A stretch of 64,000 nt of DNA, from contig OX597822.1 of NCBI GenBank assembly GCA_951406725.2, forward strand, positions 23,374,001 through 23,438,000, written 5' to 3'. The first letter of the stretch is position 1. The number at the start of each line of letters is the position of its first letter. A model generated the notes under the pieces. It made no database searches and was not told the origin of the DNA. It saw only the letters and a program-made list of their open reading frames with translations. Positions 25,746 to 39,730 of the stretch are shown in pieces. This stretch comes from Octopus vulgaris. Lineage: Eukaryota. A program made the position numbers and the translations under genes.

Positions 25746-26674
25746 CATATAACATACGCATATATACGGGAATACGGAAGATGGACACAGTAATGGAAAC
25801 GTCACTTTTATTTACCAAGTTTTCTGTTGGCAATACGATAACTTAATAGCCACTCTATTCTTTTATCGTGTATTGATATGCATTATAAATTACTTGTACT
25901 TCATGGTATAGCCCCCTACTTTTCTTTTTTCTTGCATAAATTTATATCTAAATATCTTAAAATGTGCGATCTCTCTGATTTCCATAGTGGAGCATAGATG
26001 ACTAGGGCTTCAGTCACTTGAACAGCTGAATTGGTTAATATTTCGAAACTACAGTATATAGAATCATGCTGGCTTTCCAAAAAATCAAGATAAATCCAGC
26101 TCTGGCACGTATAATTCTGGAGGGAAGGCAAAACTCACAGAGAGGCAACTGTACAATAGTGAAATAGTGAAACCTATTGTGTGTAAAAGCCACCGGGTTG
26201 TGACAGCGAAAGTAATCACCGAACTAAACCACCATCTTGCTAACACCGTGTCAACCAAAGCCATTCATCATGAGTCCAATAAAACTGAATAAGAGTGCTA
26301 TAGTTGTTAAACCTCTCCTGATAATTGTAAGATTGTGGTTTCGATTCCTGGACCGGGCGATGCGTTGTGTTCTTGAGCAACACACATCATTTTATGTTGC
26401 TCTAGTCCACTCAGCTGGCAAAAATGAGTAATCTTGCGACGGATTTGCACCCCATCCAAGTGCGGAATATATACGTCATGAAACCGGGAAACCGACTCTT
26501 AAAAGTCGGCATGACTCGAGAAAGTTACTTTTTTTTTAAACTTCTCCTGTCTCCCATCAATATCGATAAGCGGGAAAATGGTGTATAGACAACCAAAAGT
26601 GGTCAATAGGGCAACAGAATAATCTTATCTGACAAATCATCATTCACCATTTCTCCCACTTCAGGTTGAGTTTA

Positions 26675-26889
26675 CGACGGGATGCTAAAAAGTTCCTGGC
26701 CTTAGAGTTATCGCTAAAAAGGTGTGGCTTGAAGCACAACCTTCCGAGTTCTTTTACAGGGCTTAGAAAAACTAAAGGACCGCTGCTATAAGTGAGTGAA
26801 TCTGAGAGGGGAATATATTGAATAAAATCAGAATTAATTTATCCTTCAGTATTTTCTTTTACCCAAAGCCAGGAACTTTTCAGCACCCC

Positions 26890-26893
<4 letters not shown>
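26675..26893 (+). mobile_element. Mariner-derived MITE
   Basis: TA-flanked, TIRs, LQGLEKLKDRCYK*VNLRGEYIE*. Confidence 0.85.
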
Positions 26894-26939
<46 letters not shown>

Positions 26940-26947
26940 CACACATA

Positions 26948-27164
26948 CAAGGGGGTGCTGAAACGTTCCTGGCTTTAAGGGTGTCGCGAAGGGCCTGGCT
27001 GGAAGCCAAACTTTCCGAGTTCTTTTAAAGGGCTCAGAAAAACTGAAGGATCGCTGCTATAAGTGTGTGAATGTGAGAGGGGAATTTATTGAATAAAATC
27101 ATAATTAACTAATCCTCCTGTATTTTCTTTCACTCAAAGCCAGGAACCTATCAGCACCATTTCA
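26948..27164 (+). mobile_element. Mariner-derived MITE
   Basis: TA-flanked, same family as 26675. Confidence 0.85.
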
Positions 27165-27831
27165 TATGTCTATAGATAATCCAAAGATATCTTTAACTCT
27201 GTGTGGGTCCTACCGTAAAGCATGGAGTTGACTCTATGATGATTTAGACTGCCATTACTTGGAATTCATTTGGGCCTTAGGTGGTTTTATATAGCAGTGC
27301 TAAGGCTAAAAATTACCTGAGTATCTTGGTGGATCATGTTGATCTTATAGTACAAACATTGTTCCCCGATGGTAGTACAATCTTCTAGGAGAATAATGCG
27401 TTGATTCACATGGTTAATGTTATTCAAAATTGGTACAAAGTGTACAAAAGCGAAGCAGACCCCTTGGATCGGCTCTCGAATCACCAGATTTCCCAAAAAT
27501 CGAACATTTATGGTGTATTTTGGGGCAGCACGAGAGGAGCTGCTTCCCTCTGCCACCGTCGCTGAAAGAGCTAAAGCGAGTCGTACTTGAAGATTGGCTC
27601 AAAATTCTCTTTACGATTATTTAGAGACTGTGCAAGTTAATTCCACGACGTATTAAATCTGAGACTGATGCCAAAGATGAACTAAATCCGTATTAAATAA
27701 TGAAACTTCCATTTCACATGGTGTTTTCATCATATTGTCCAGCCCCTGTATATATAAATCTATATCCGTGTGTGTGTGAGAGTGTGTGTGTTTGTGTATA
27801 TATATGTATATATATATAGCTAGATAGCTAG

Positions 27832-27876
<45 letters not shown>

Positions 27877-28349
27877 TACGTATATATCTGCACCGAGAAA
27901 CACTCGTACACATATACGTTAGGCGGTTTATTAAAGAGAAACTTGTTTACTGTATTGATGCAATAAAAATTGTCCTGGGAAGTCTGCGGTCTAAAAGTCG
28001 TTACTCTAATGACGTCTTTCTTACTTTTTGCGACTCTTCAAGTTCCTTTTTTTTATTCTAATTTGCTAAGAAATTATTTATTCTAATCTAATCTTTCCTC
28101 TCTTTCTTCTCTCTTTCTCTCCTTCTCTATCTACCTGCCTATCTATTTCTCACTCCGTCGATTGCTCAATCGAGCATTTTTTCCCTCTATCTTATATAGA
28201 TCTTTGGCTTATTCAATTACCTCATATTACCAGCAATGCTAGTCTTTAAGAATTGATGAAATGCTGTCTTCTCTTTTTTTTCTTTTGCACAAACAAAACC
28301 ACACACACACGCGCGCGCACACACACATACTCAAACACTGTCTCATACA

Positions 28350-28398
<49 letters not shown>

Positions 28399-28569
28399 CG
28401 TACAATCGTTATCATGCGCGGATATATGTAGATATAAGTGTGTATGTGTGTATGTGTGTGTGCATTACAGAATTCATGTACGCTTATGATATAAAACTTA
28501 TCTCTCTTCACTCACACACCCATAGAAACACTCACACATCCGTATGAGTATGTTTGCGCGCGCGCGTGT

Positions 28570-28606
<37 letters not shown>

Positions 28607-29322
28607 TGTTTATCAGCGCATCCTGGCCACAAACTTCGTTTGTAAAGCTAAATATTCAACTACGCTTTCGCCAGTCTAATGCCGAGTTTACTTCACTTAC
28701 GTTTCTCTTTGTCTAAAGATATTATACAACATAACAGCAATAACAACAACAATAGCAAGAGTAACAACAGCAATAACAAATATGATTATGATGATGACGA
28801 CGATGGCGATGATTATGACGATAATAGCTATATCTTTTATTTACCGCAGTGACAGCTGATGAGGGGAACAAGTATTGAATTAAATAAAACTTGGGATTTT
28901 ACAAGTATAATTTACATATTTTGCGGATGGTTTACGAAACAAAAAAAAACAGGGCAGTGAACGGAGAGGGGGAGAAATGTGGAGAGATGAAATGAAAAAA
29001 AAAACTCCCAAAAACCTAGCGTACAAAATAGGTGAATATATGGTCGATACTGTACTCATTATACAAGAAAACCTCCAGTTTAGGACCAGCCTAGGAAACC
29101 TACAGGTTCTCGACCATCTTGCGCATCAAAAGCACAAGCCCTCACCAGGCTGTGCACTCCAGAGATACACGAAGAGGGGTGGCAGAAAAAATGGTCAATC
29201 CGTTTTCTGTCACTGTCACCCGGTTATTGAAAAATTCTCTGGGCGAGGAGAGAGAGAGAGAGAGAGAGAGGGGGTGAGAGAGAAAGAGAGAGGGGGTGAG
29301 AGAGAAAGAGAGAGAGAGAGAG

Positions 29323-29390
<68 letters not shown>

Positions 29391-29489
29391 CTCTTTTATC
29401 TCTTCAAGGCCTCAAAAATCTGGGCCTTAAGTGCACAAACAGACCCACTTTCAAGTTTGCATTCCAAGTTTTGAATTTTGATTACATAA

Positions 29490-29872
29490 GGCGCAAGAGT
29501 GGCTGTGTGGTAAGTAGCTTGCTTACAAACCACATGGTTCCGGATTCTGTCCTACTGCGTGGCACCTTGGGCAAATGTCTTCTACTATAGGCTCGGGCCG
29601 ACCAAAGCCTTGTGAGTGGATTTGGTAGACAGAAACTGAAAAAAAGCCCGTGGTATATATGTATATGTATATGTGTGTGTCCGTTTTTGTCCTCCCAACA
29701 TCGCTTGACAACCGATGCTGGTGTGTTTACGTCCCCGTAACTTAGCGGTTCAGCAAAAGAGACCGATAGAATAAGTACTAAGCTTACAAAGAATAAGTCC
29801 TGGGGTCGATTTGCTCGACTAAAGGCGGTGCTCCAGCATGGCCGCAATCAAAATGACTGAAACAAATAAAAT
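29490..29872 (+). mobile_element. CORE-type SINE family A
   Basis: Full head-CORE-microsatellite-tail layout. Confidence 0.85.
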
Positions 29873-30360
29873 AGTATATGTATACAGTTGTATAATATTC
29901 TATACATGTATACGGTTTGTATAATATTCTACCTTGGCAAACGGCATGTGCAATGGTACGAGGCAACGAGAGCGTGAGAGAAGGAGGGAGGGAGGGACGG
30001 AAATGTGGGAGGGAGACAGCATCAAATTCAGAACTAAGACACGCTTGCAATATCTGTACAAAGATTTTAAGAGAGTAATTTTTGCTCATAAGTCATACCT
30101 GTTCTCACTTGTGGTGCTAACGCTATATTTGTGCTTGAAGTGGCCAAGTTTTGTTTCAGAGCAGACTGCCATATATATATATATATATACGCACGTGCGA
30201 ATGCACACACACGCGCGCAGACATACACATACACACGCGGACACACAGATTAGTTACAGGATTCGACTAAAATATAAACTGAAGGATTAGTTTATATATA
30301 TATATATATATATATATTTACATATTTCTCAATGTAAATCTGTGTGCATGAGTGTGTGTG

Positions 30361-30401
<41 letters not shown>

Positions 30402-30980
30402 TCAGACACACACACACACACACTAACGCACACACACTCACACTCACACACACCCACACATAACACACACATACACACACACATCCACACACGCATCCAC
30501 ACATTAAGGGAAGATACAGGGGGATGTTTTAAGTGCAGCAGAAAGAACAAAATAATCCAAACAAATAACAAATAAAAAAAAGACAGAAAGAAACAAGCAA
30601 ACAATCGCAGTTTCTTTATCCAATAACAGTGTTAAAATTGCGGTTATCCGTTAATTTGTTGCTTAGCTGAACAGAAAGTCCTTAATTAACAATACCGTCA
30701 TAGAAGGCGATCAGTAACAAAACAATGACCGTACGAATTACTATTTAGTCGATTTTTCGTATTGCTGTGTAAATGTATCCCGGGGTAAGTGAGTCTTTCA
30801 CGACCATTTAGTGCAAAAATAGTAGAGTCATTCGTAGGTTCCTGTACTAAAAAAAGACACGTGTAGTCTCATTAGCTCTTTTGTTTCTTGTCCGTGTCTC
30901 TCCGTCTGCCACGGCCACCCTTACTTTCTGTGTGTGTATATATATATGTATGTATGTGTGTATATATATATGTATGTATG

Positions 30981-31026
<46 letters not shown>

Positions 31027-31499
31027 TTTAGTCTTCCACACGTTTTGCCTTTTATTTATTTACTATTAAGGCTGAGGAAGGGAACCTGCATGTGGTCATT
31101 TGCTCCGCTAGAAATACACAAGATTTTCTATTAAACCGCAACGGAAGGACAGACTTACATAATGCCTTGAAAATGATGGGATCTCCAACGCTTTGGAATA
31201 GATGTCTACACCGTCAGGGCTCGCTTGTGATGGGATTCTGAGTTTAACAAATTTTTTGTTTAAGGCATTCTTTAGCGCAGTAAAAGTACTTTGGTACACA
31301 TTCTTTTATTATTCTTTCATTCTTTTACTTGTTCCAGTCAAAGGACCGCGGCCATGCTGGAGCATGCATAATGTTCAAAACAGAAAATAGGATTTATATA
31401 TTTTAGCTTATAACTATGAATAATTTAAATGCCATGCTGTATTTCATAATACATCTATTTTTAGTTAAGACTGGCACGGCCATGTAATGCATATGGATG

Positions 31500-31680
31500 A
31501 AGACATTTGCACCATGACATGCTGTTGTCTAAATGTGGAGGAAACATGTGGATGGGGTAGACCCAGGGAGGCGTGGGACGAACTGGTGAGAAAGGATCTT
31601 CAGACGTTACGCCCACAGAGAGGACGACGAGGGACAGAGACTTCTAGCGGTTTGTTGTAGTTGAGAAGACAATGCTAAGC
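31500..31680 (+). pseudogene. RTE-clade LINE 3' ORF remnant
   Basis: VEETCGWGRPREAWDELVRKDL resembles the GRP..W....DL C-terminal motif. Confidence 0.55.
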
Positions 31681-31775
31681 TAAGCAAAACCGTGGTTGTC
31701 CTTGCATATTGGTTTATCCCCTGTTTCCCTCTTCAGCTGAGGGATCCTTATCTTGTGGGTTCATGGGGGCTTGTG

Positions 31776-31895
31776 TCACGTAAAAGCACACGTGCCAGTG
31801 TTGCGTAAAAGCACCCAGTATACTACGTAAAGTGGCTGACGGTAAGAAGGGCATCCAGCCGTAGAAACCATGACAAAGCAGACATGGAGCCCGGG
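31776..31895 (+). mobile_element. V-domain-like SINE fragment
   Basis: taagaagggcatccagccgtagaaacc. Confidence 0.5.
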
Positions 31896-32274
31896 TAGAT
31901 GATGATGTTGATGATGTCGACGATGATAATTATGATGCTGATGCTGATGCTGATGAGGAATCAATAGATATGTCATATAATACAGATTAGTTTTGAAAGA
32001 AAAGTCTCTCGCACGGGTAGTTTATTAACAGGACTAGTCACCAAGAATGCATTATATATACAAATTCGTCAATCCAATTTATTTACTATGGTTTTAACAA
32101 TAGAGAATTTATAAGCAGTGTCTCTGTTGACAGCTGAGAGGATAACTCAATCGCTGATAAAATCTCAACGCAGTCTTAAATCTCATTTTCTAACTTAAAA
32201 ATATTGTATCAAAAGACATGGCGCTCACATCAGTCTCTACATACAGGGCTGGTTGATAATCAGTAGCACGTATC

Positions 32275-32677
32275 CTTTTACTTGTTTTAGTCATTTGACT
32301 GCGGCCTTGCTGGAGCTCCGCCTTGATGAGTTTTAGTCGAACAAATCAACCCCAGGACTTATTTTCTAGAGCCTAGTATTTATTCTATCGGGCCCTTTCT
32401 ATCGAACCGCTAAGTCACAGGTACCTAAACACACCAAAACCGGTTGTCAAGCGGTGATAATGGGAGGAGACACAAACACAGACACAAAGACCCCCCCCCC
32501 CATATATATATATATATATACGACGGGCTTTTTCAGTTTCCGTCTACCAAATCCATTCACAAGGCTTTGGTCAGCCCGAGGCTATAGTAGTAGACACTTG
32601 CCCAAGGTTCCACGGAGTCGGGATGAACCCAGAACTATGTGGTTGGGAAGCAAGCTTCTTACCACACAGCCACGCCT
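32275..32677 (-). mobile_element. CORE-type SINE family A (older copy)
   Basis: Reverse complement of family A. Confidence 0.8.
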
Positions 32678-32870
32678 CGGTAAACTTTTTTCGAGAAGTG
32701 GGCTACATGAGACAAAGTTCATCATCAGGTGGGCTGCGTTACTGTAAGACAATTCCAGGTAATTTTAGTTAGGCGTCCATTCAGAAAGTACCGTGGGTTG
32801 GCTGCAGTTTGCCCATACCTAATCAATAGAGCAGAGGTAAAAAAATATATGCACTAAGCTAAAAAAATAT

Positions 32871-33330
<460 letters not shown>

Positions 33331-34563
33331 ACTGATTAAAGTAGAGGAAAGCTCTCAGTTTCAATTCTCGATTGATCTTATTTCGTAAGTAGATGGGAGT
33401 CATACATCCACTTAGGAATAAAAAGGGATAAACGCTACCACTTCCCAATATTCAAATCACTAAAACTATTGGGCAAACAATAAAGAAGTAATATAAGCTA
33501 CTATCTTAGACAAGAAGAACGCGGCGAACAGGTAGAATCTTTAGCACGATGGGGAAAATGCTTATTGGTATTTCGTCTGTCTTTGTGTTCTGAGCTCAAA
33601 TTCCATCAAGGTCGATTTTGCCTTTCATCTCGTCCGAAGTCGATAAAAATAAGTAGCAGTTGAGGACTGGGGTTGATGTAATCGACTAGCTCTCCTCCCA
33701 CGAAATTGCTGGCCCTGTGCTAATTGAAACCAATCTTAGACCGGTGGTTTCTAAATAGTGTGGTGCGTGCTGTAAATAGGTGCAACGCGAAAATAACAAT
33801 TTGTAACATTGGCATACGGTCAGACATAGGATGGTAGAGAACAATCGATTCGATTTAATCGAACACAGTACTTTACTGGTACTTTATTTACTAACCTTTG
33901 ACCTCAGTAGGATTTGAGCCCAGAACAAATATCGATAGAAATTTTGCCCGACATTTTAAAGATTCTGTCCATCTGCTGCTCTTAATAAGTGTTTCTAATT
34001 TAGACAAAATTCTAGCAATTTGAAAGGAGTAGGATACTACCCATTCCAGTACTTTACTGGTACTTAAATTTATCGCTCCTGGAAACATGAAATTCAAATT
34101 TGACCACGGCGCGATTTGAACTAAGAATGTAGAGATTCGGAACAATTACTTCAAGGCTTTATATTTTGTTCGACGTTCTAACGATTCTGCTAATCCACCG
34201 TTCTAAAAATAGTAATAATTCTTCTTTCTAATATTGGTACAAAGTCAGCAATTTTAGTGGGAGAGAGTCAGTCGATGATATCGTTCCCCTGTATATAACT
34301 GGTACTTTATTTTATTTACTCCGAAAGGACAAATGCAAAACTGGCCTTGTGCGCGAGAGCGTGTGTATATTTATCTCTCTGTGTGTATGTGTGCGCGTGT
34401 CTCTTACTGCTTGATAATCAGTACTGTGTATTTTACGTCCCCGTAACTTGGTAGTTTTGTAAAGGGTTTTCGATTCTGGGGTCGATTTGTTCGACTAAAC
34501 TCATTAAGTGGTGTTCCAGCATGGCTGCAGTTCAACGAAAGATGAAAGAAACGTTAGAGAATG

Positions 34564-34622
<59 letters not shown>

Positions 34623-34623
<1 letters not shown>

Positions 34624-35221
34624 GGAACAAAAAAAGAAAATGGAGAAAAAATGTATGCATGAGTAATTTATTTGTATATTATAAAATATTGAAAATATCT
34701 CTTAAAAAACATAACAATACAAATAAATTGATTATAATTTGTAAAGCTAAAAAATATAGCTAAAAGAACCTACATATATGTTTCAGTACTATCCTCTAGT
34801 TGATCAGAAATTCTAAGCATTTGGTTAAATGCTAAGAAAGGTATTACATTCTAACTATATAGGGTAGAATTTTTTCAGAGTTATTCTGAGCTAATAGAAC
34901 TTAGGTTATTATTTTTCATTTGAAGGGTGCATAATAATAACCTCATAATAATAAGTTCATAATAACCCTGAAGAACTTCTACCCCATATAGTTAGAATAT
35001 GATACCTTTCTTAGCATTTTACCAAATTGTGAGAATTTCTGATCAATTAGGGGATAGTACTGAAACATATATGTAGGTTCTTTATGTTTTTAGCTTTACA
35101 ACTTATCAATTTATTTCTATTGTTATGTTTTTTAAGAGAATTTTCAAGTAACTTCCAACATTTCATAATATACACATAGATTATTCATGCATCCATTTTT
35201 CTCCATTTTCTTTCTTTCCTG
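34623..35221. repeat. ~600 bp foldback element with hammerhead motifs in both arms
   Basis: ~290 bp inverted arms centred near 34920, e.g. aaagaacctacatatatgtttcagtactatcc / ggatagtactgaaacatatatgtaggttcttt. Confidence 0.9.
34965..35078 (+). ncRNA. Type I hammerhead-like motif with long stem II insertion
   Basis: ACC-CTGAAGA 34968-34974, CTACCCC../..GGGGATAG, GAAAC-ATATAT-GTA-GGT; stem I ACC/GGT. Confidence 0.7.
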
Positions 35222-35755
35222 TAATATTTATAATATATATAATTACAATAATCCCTAACATATACCAGTGACTTTTACTTATATAATACAGATTAACCAG
35301 TGGAATATCTTGGATTATATAATGAGAATACAACTTCCTCGAACTGACTATATATATATATATATATATATATGTTTGTTTGTGCGTGTGTGAGTGTGCG
35401 TATTTATATATATACTTATATGCATATATATATTATGAATATATTATGTACACTTACATACATATATATACATACATGCATATATATATATATGCATACA
35501 TATACATATATACATGTATATGCATACATACACACATGCATATGATTACATACACACATACGCATGCATGTATACATACATATATATTCATACATATATA
35601 TACATACATCTATGCATACATACATTTATATATGGATACGTACATACATATACATAATACATACATGCATACACATACATACACACACATATATATACAT
35701 ACATACATATATGCATACATACATACATATATGCATACATACATACATATATGCA

Positions 35756-35789
<34 letters not shown>

Positions 35790-36548
35790 GAATATATATG
35801 AGAGAGAGAGGGGGGAGAGCGAGTTAGAAACATGGAGACAGAGAGAGATAGAGAGATAACTACACATACATGCACATATACGTTTACTCATTCGTGATAT
35901 TTTCGTTTTCGAAAACCTTAATTTGTGACCAGTAAACACATCTATACAGGCAAAACGATTATACATGTTTATGCAATAGAATACAAAAAACAAAACATTT
36001 CATCTTATACAATTACAATTTACAACTGCAATTTTCATTGATTTAATCAAATTGTTTTGTGGTTAATACCTTCGTAATTTAGTTCTATTTCTCTCTCCTT
36101 GTTTGATGAAATTGTTATTTTTGCCAATCTTAAAACATTTCGACTGCATTTATTTAAATGTAAAGTTTATCTTGAGAATTCCATGACCTCATCACCTTTT
36201 GCTCGGTGTGTGGACTCCTACTGTATTTTGTTGAAAGTCACCAAACAGATTTGTTAGCAAAGATTTAAAAGAAAAAATCCTAAAGTAGTAGGTTAATTAC
36301 ATCACACGCAGCTCTTTCGGAGCTAAACTCACCTATTTACCCGGCTGATTATTCGCCATGCTCCACAGTAAAAGACAGTATCACTGATTAACATTGAGAA
36401 GTGACACAAGCGTCAAGTCACAAATTCAGTTCTTTATTTTATTTTTTTAATTTATTCTATCGAAGAACGGTTTATAGCCACCTCAACGCAACGGTTTCGG
36501 TCCTTGGCTTACATAAAACTTAACACATTGTAATATTGTATTGCATTG

Positions 36549-37135
36549 AAGGCGGCGAGTTGGCAGAAACGTTAGCACGCCGGGCGCAATGCTTACCGGT
36601 ATTTCGTCTGTCGTTACGTTGTGAGTTCAAATTCCGCTGAGGTCGACTTTGCCTTTCATCCTTTCGAGGTCGATAAATCAAGTACCAGTTACGCACTGAG
36701 GTCGATGTAATCGACTTAATACCTATGTCTGTCCTTGTTTGCCCCCTCTATGTTTAGCCCCTTGTGGGTAATAAGGAAATAGGTATTTCGTCTGTCTTTG
36801 CGTTCTGAGTTCAAATTCCGCCGCGGTCGACTTTGCCTTTCATCCTCTCGGAGTCAATTAATTAAGTACCATTTATGCACTGGGGTCGATGTAATCGACT
36901 TAATTATTTTGTCTGTCCCCTCTATGTTTAGCTCCTTGTGGGCAATAAAGAAATAAGAAACTTTAGCACGCTGGGCGATTTTCTTACCGGTATTTCGTCT
37001 GCCGTTACGTTCTGAGTTCAAATTCCGCCGATGTCGACTTTGCCTTTCATCCTTTCGAGGTCGATTAATTAAGTACCAGTTACGCACTGAGGTCGATGTA
37101 ATCGGCTTAATACCCACATGTGGGCAATAAAGAAA
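36549..37135 (+). mobile_element. Head-to-tail trimer of SINE family B
   Basis: Three units joined at ~36782 and ~36957. Confidence 0.85.
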
Positions 37136-37139
37136 TAAA

Positions 37140-37560
37140 TATTCTTTTCTACTCTAGGCACAAGTCCCGAAATTTTGGAGGAAGTGGGCAGTCGATTAGA
37201 TCTACCACAGTACGCAACTGGTACTTAATTTATCGACCCCGAAAGGACGAAAGGCAAAGTCGACCACGGCGGAATTTGAACTCAGAACGTAAAGACAGAC
37301 GAAATACCGTTAAATAAAGATATAAATATTGTATTGCATCGGAAGGCGGCGTGCTTACAGGTTTGTTAGCAGGCCGGGAAAAATGCTTAGCGGCAATTCA
37401 CCCGTCTTTACGTTTCGAGTTCAAATTCCGTCGAGGTCGACTTTGCCTTTCATCTTTTCGGGGTCGATAAAATAAGTACCAGTTGAGCACTGGGATCGAT
37501 GTAACTGACTTATCCCTCCCCCCGAAATTGCTGGACTTGTGCCAAAATTTGAAATCAATA
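37140..37560. mobile_element. Inverted pair of family B SINEs (37140-37312 minus, 37343-37560 plus)
   Basis: Core motif present on opposite strands. Confidence 0.75.
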
Positions 37561-37819
37561 TTGTATTGTATCCCAGAGTACGACATTGTATTGGATCTTA
37601 ATAGCGAAAGCCTTCATTGATTAGCTTTTATCGGCAACCGGACATATTACAGCCATTTGCTTCAATTTTTTCTCTTCATTAATTACCTTCAAAAATTTTG
37701 ATTTCAGGTAATAAGAAACCTCGCCTAGAACCCATTATAAAATTTTGCTGTAAACGTCAAATGTAAGCAACAAGAATTTGAGATGGGAGTATTGGTTTAC
37801 TTTATAGAATTACTTTACT

Positions 37820-38734
37820 GACATTCAGGTTTAAAAGCTAGTATTAATGCAATCGTGAGCTAGAGAGATGTTAAACTGGTATATCGAGGACGGTAGAACA
37901 TAGAACGAAATGATTTGTAAAAATTTAGCTACAAAAAAAAGAAAGAAAAAACTTGAAGGAAAAAATCTTTAATGAATTCAGTTGCTGATAATAACTAATT
38001 AAAGAAAATTACAATTGCAAAGGTCTTAAGGCTTTTGCTATTAAGAGCAAAATAACGTTTTTGTGCTGTAATACAATATCTTAGTTTGATAAGTTCTACG
38101 AAAGCAAAAGGACCGAAACCTATGACGTAGATCTAGCTTAAAAACTATTCTTATAGATGGCTGTGTGGTTAAGCAGCATCTCGGGCAAAGTGTCTTCTAT
38201 GTTCTGAGTTCAATCTCGCCGGGCTTGATTATGTTTTCCCCCGCTTAGCACTTTTTCATGCTTTCTAGTGGTAGGCAAATAGGAAATAACAGTTGCTAGC
38301 CAACTATAAGAATTTAGGGTTCCCTTCGGTTACGGTAGTGAAGACTAGTAGTTGCCTATGCGTGTAAGTCTTCTCTCTCGCCATGTGAGAAATTTCTTTA
38401 CGGACATTCAGGTTTAAAAGCTGGTATTAATGCAATCGTGCGCTACAAGGGCGTTAAAGTGGAATATCGAGTACGGTAGAGCATAGAAAGAAAAAAAAAA
38501 CAGAAAAAAAAGAACTTGAAGGAAAAAACCGTAATAAATCAGGTTGCCGATAATAACTAATTAACGAAAATTGCAATAGTAGAGGACTTAAGACTTTTGT
38601 TATCAAGAGCAAAATGATGTGTTTGTGATGCAATACAATATCTTAAACTGACAAGTTCTACGAAAGCTGAAATACCGAAACATTTGAAGCTGATCTACCT
38701 AAAAACTATTCTTATATGCGACTGTGTGGTTAAG
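37820..38734 (+). repeat. Diverged ~340 bp direct repeats (37820-38173, 38403-38734)
   Basis: Both start gacattcaggtttaaaagct.gtattaatgcaatcgtg and end ctgtgtggttaag. Confidence 0.85.
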
Positions 38735-39386
38735 GGAAATGAAGGCCAAAACAGTTTGGTACCATCAAAAAGCCGATGCATTAACAGCTTTGTTAATCTA
38801 ACACCCTCATTCGGTTCTTTATTGATGGTGAAAGAATGAGATGCAAAGTTAAGCTTGGCAGGATTCGAGCTCAGACACATGGAATAAATATCACGAAGCA
38901 TTCCACCCGACGCTTTAACATTTCTGCCGACTAAAGAAAGATTTAGTAATAGATTGAATTCAAATGTCTACACCCACTTTCTTTCAGTTTTGTGAGAAAT
39001 CGCCATTATTATACGGCAGAATGAATAAGCGGCTAATAGAAAGTGTAGGGTAGAGTCGGGGAACTTGTGAACCTTCAATAGAGCTTGTTGGGAGCTTCTA
39101 AAAAAAAAAAATGATATCGTAATATGGTTTGAAGGGAAAATCATTATCATGGAATAAACTTTTCTTGATTTCATTTTTACCAAAGGTCTACCTTCATAAA
39201 CCACACACACATGTATGTATGTATCATATGGTTAACTGAACAAACATTTAGTTGGTGTTGTATTTATTGAGTCACAGACTGATTTAGTCCTTCATGTTAC
39301 ATGAACTTTATCCTCGTATGTCCGAGGAACTGATCATGTTTTTTTCACATCTGCGAAGCTTAAAGTAACATAGAGGAGAGCTAATT

Positions 39387-39443
<57 letters not shown>

Positions 39444-39448
<5 letters not shown>

Positions 39449-39730
39449 GCGCAATGGCCCAGTTGTTAGGGCAGCGGACTCGCGGTTTCGATTCCCAGAC
39501 CGGGTGTTGTGAGTGTTTATTGAGCGAAAATACCTAATGCTCCACGAAGCTCCGGCAGGGGTGGTGGCGATCCCTGCTGTACTCTTTCGTCACAACTCTC
39601 TCTTACTGTTTCTTCTGTTGGCCTGCTCGCTTAGCCAGAGGGGTGGCGTCATTTGAAGGCTAAAACAATGCGAAGCGCATTGTGACCAGCGATGTGCAGC
39701 AACATCTGATAGCCTGGTCGGTCACGGTGA
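39444..39730 (+). mobile_element. tRNA-derived SINE (family C, tail 2) within (TA)n
   Basis: Family C head; tail ends gcctggtcggtcacggtga-(TA)n. Confidence 0.85.

Larger units (their letters stand above)
25764..27750 (+). mobile_element. Decayed Tc1-like transposon with nested SINE and two MITEs
   Basis: Right TIR-like ggtgttttcatcatattgtccagcccctgta; YLSILVDHV and SPDFPKIEHLW motifs; left end approximate. Confidence 0.65.

Noticed and set aside
28856-28870. CTGATGA-GGGG hammerhead 5' half (also CTGATGA at 57252)
   Set aside because: No complementary stem II or GAAAC found downstream
28977-29240. Possible host exon (also 46680-46950, 52380-52760, 53980-54200)
   Set aside because: Higher-complexity sequence but no recognisable protein motif or supportable splice frame; needs RNA-seq or homology search
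38648-38670. CTGACAA-GT..AC-GAAA hammerhead
   Set aside because: Core mismatch, 2-bp stem II, no stem III or I; likely chance
37820-38734. LTR pair (TRIM-like element)
   Set aside because: No TG..CA termini, primer-binding site, polypurine tract or TSD identified
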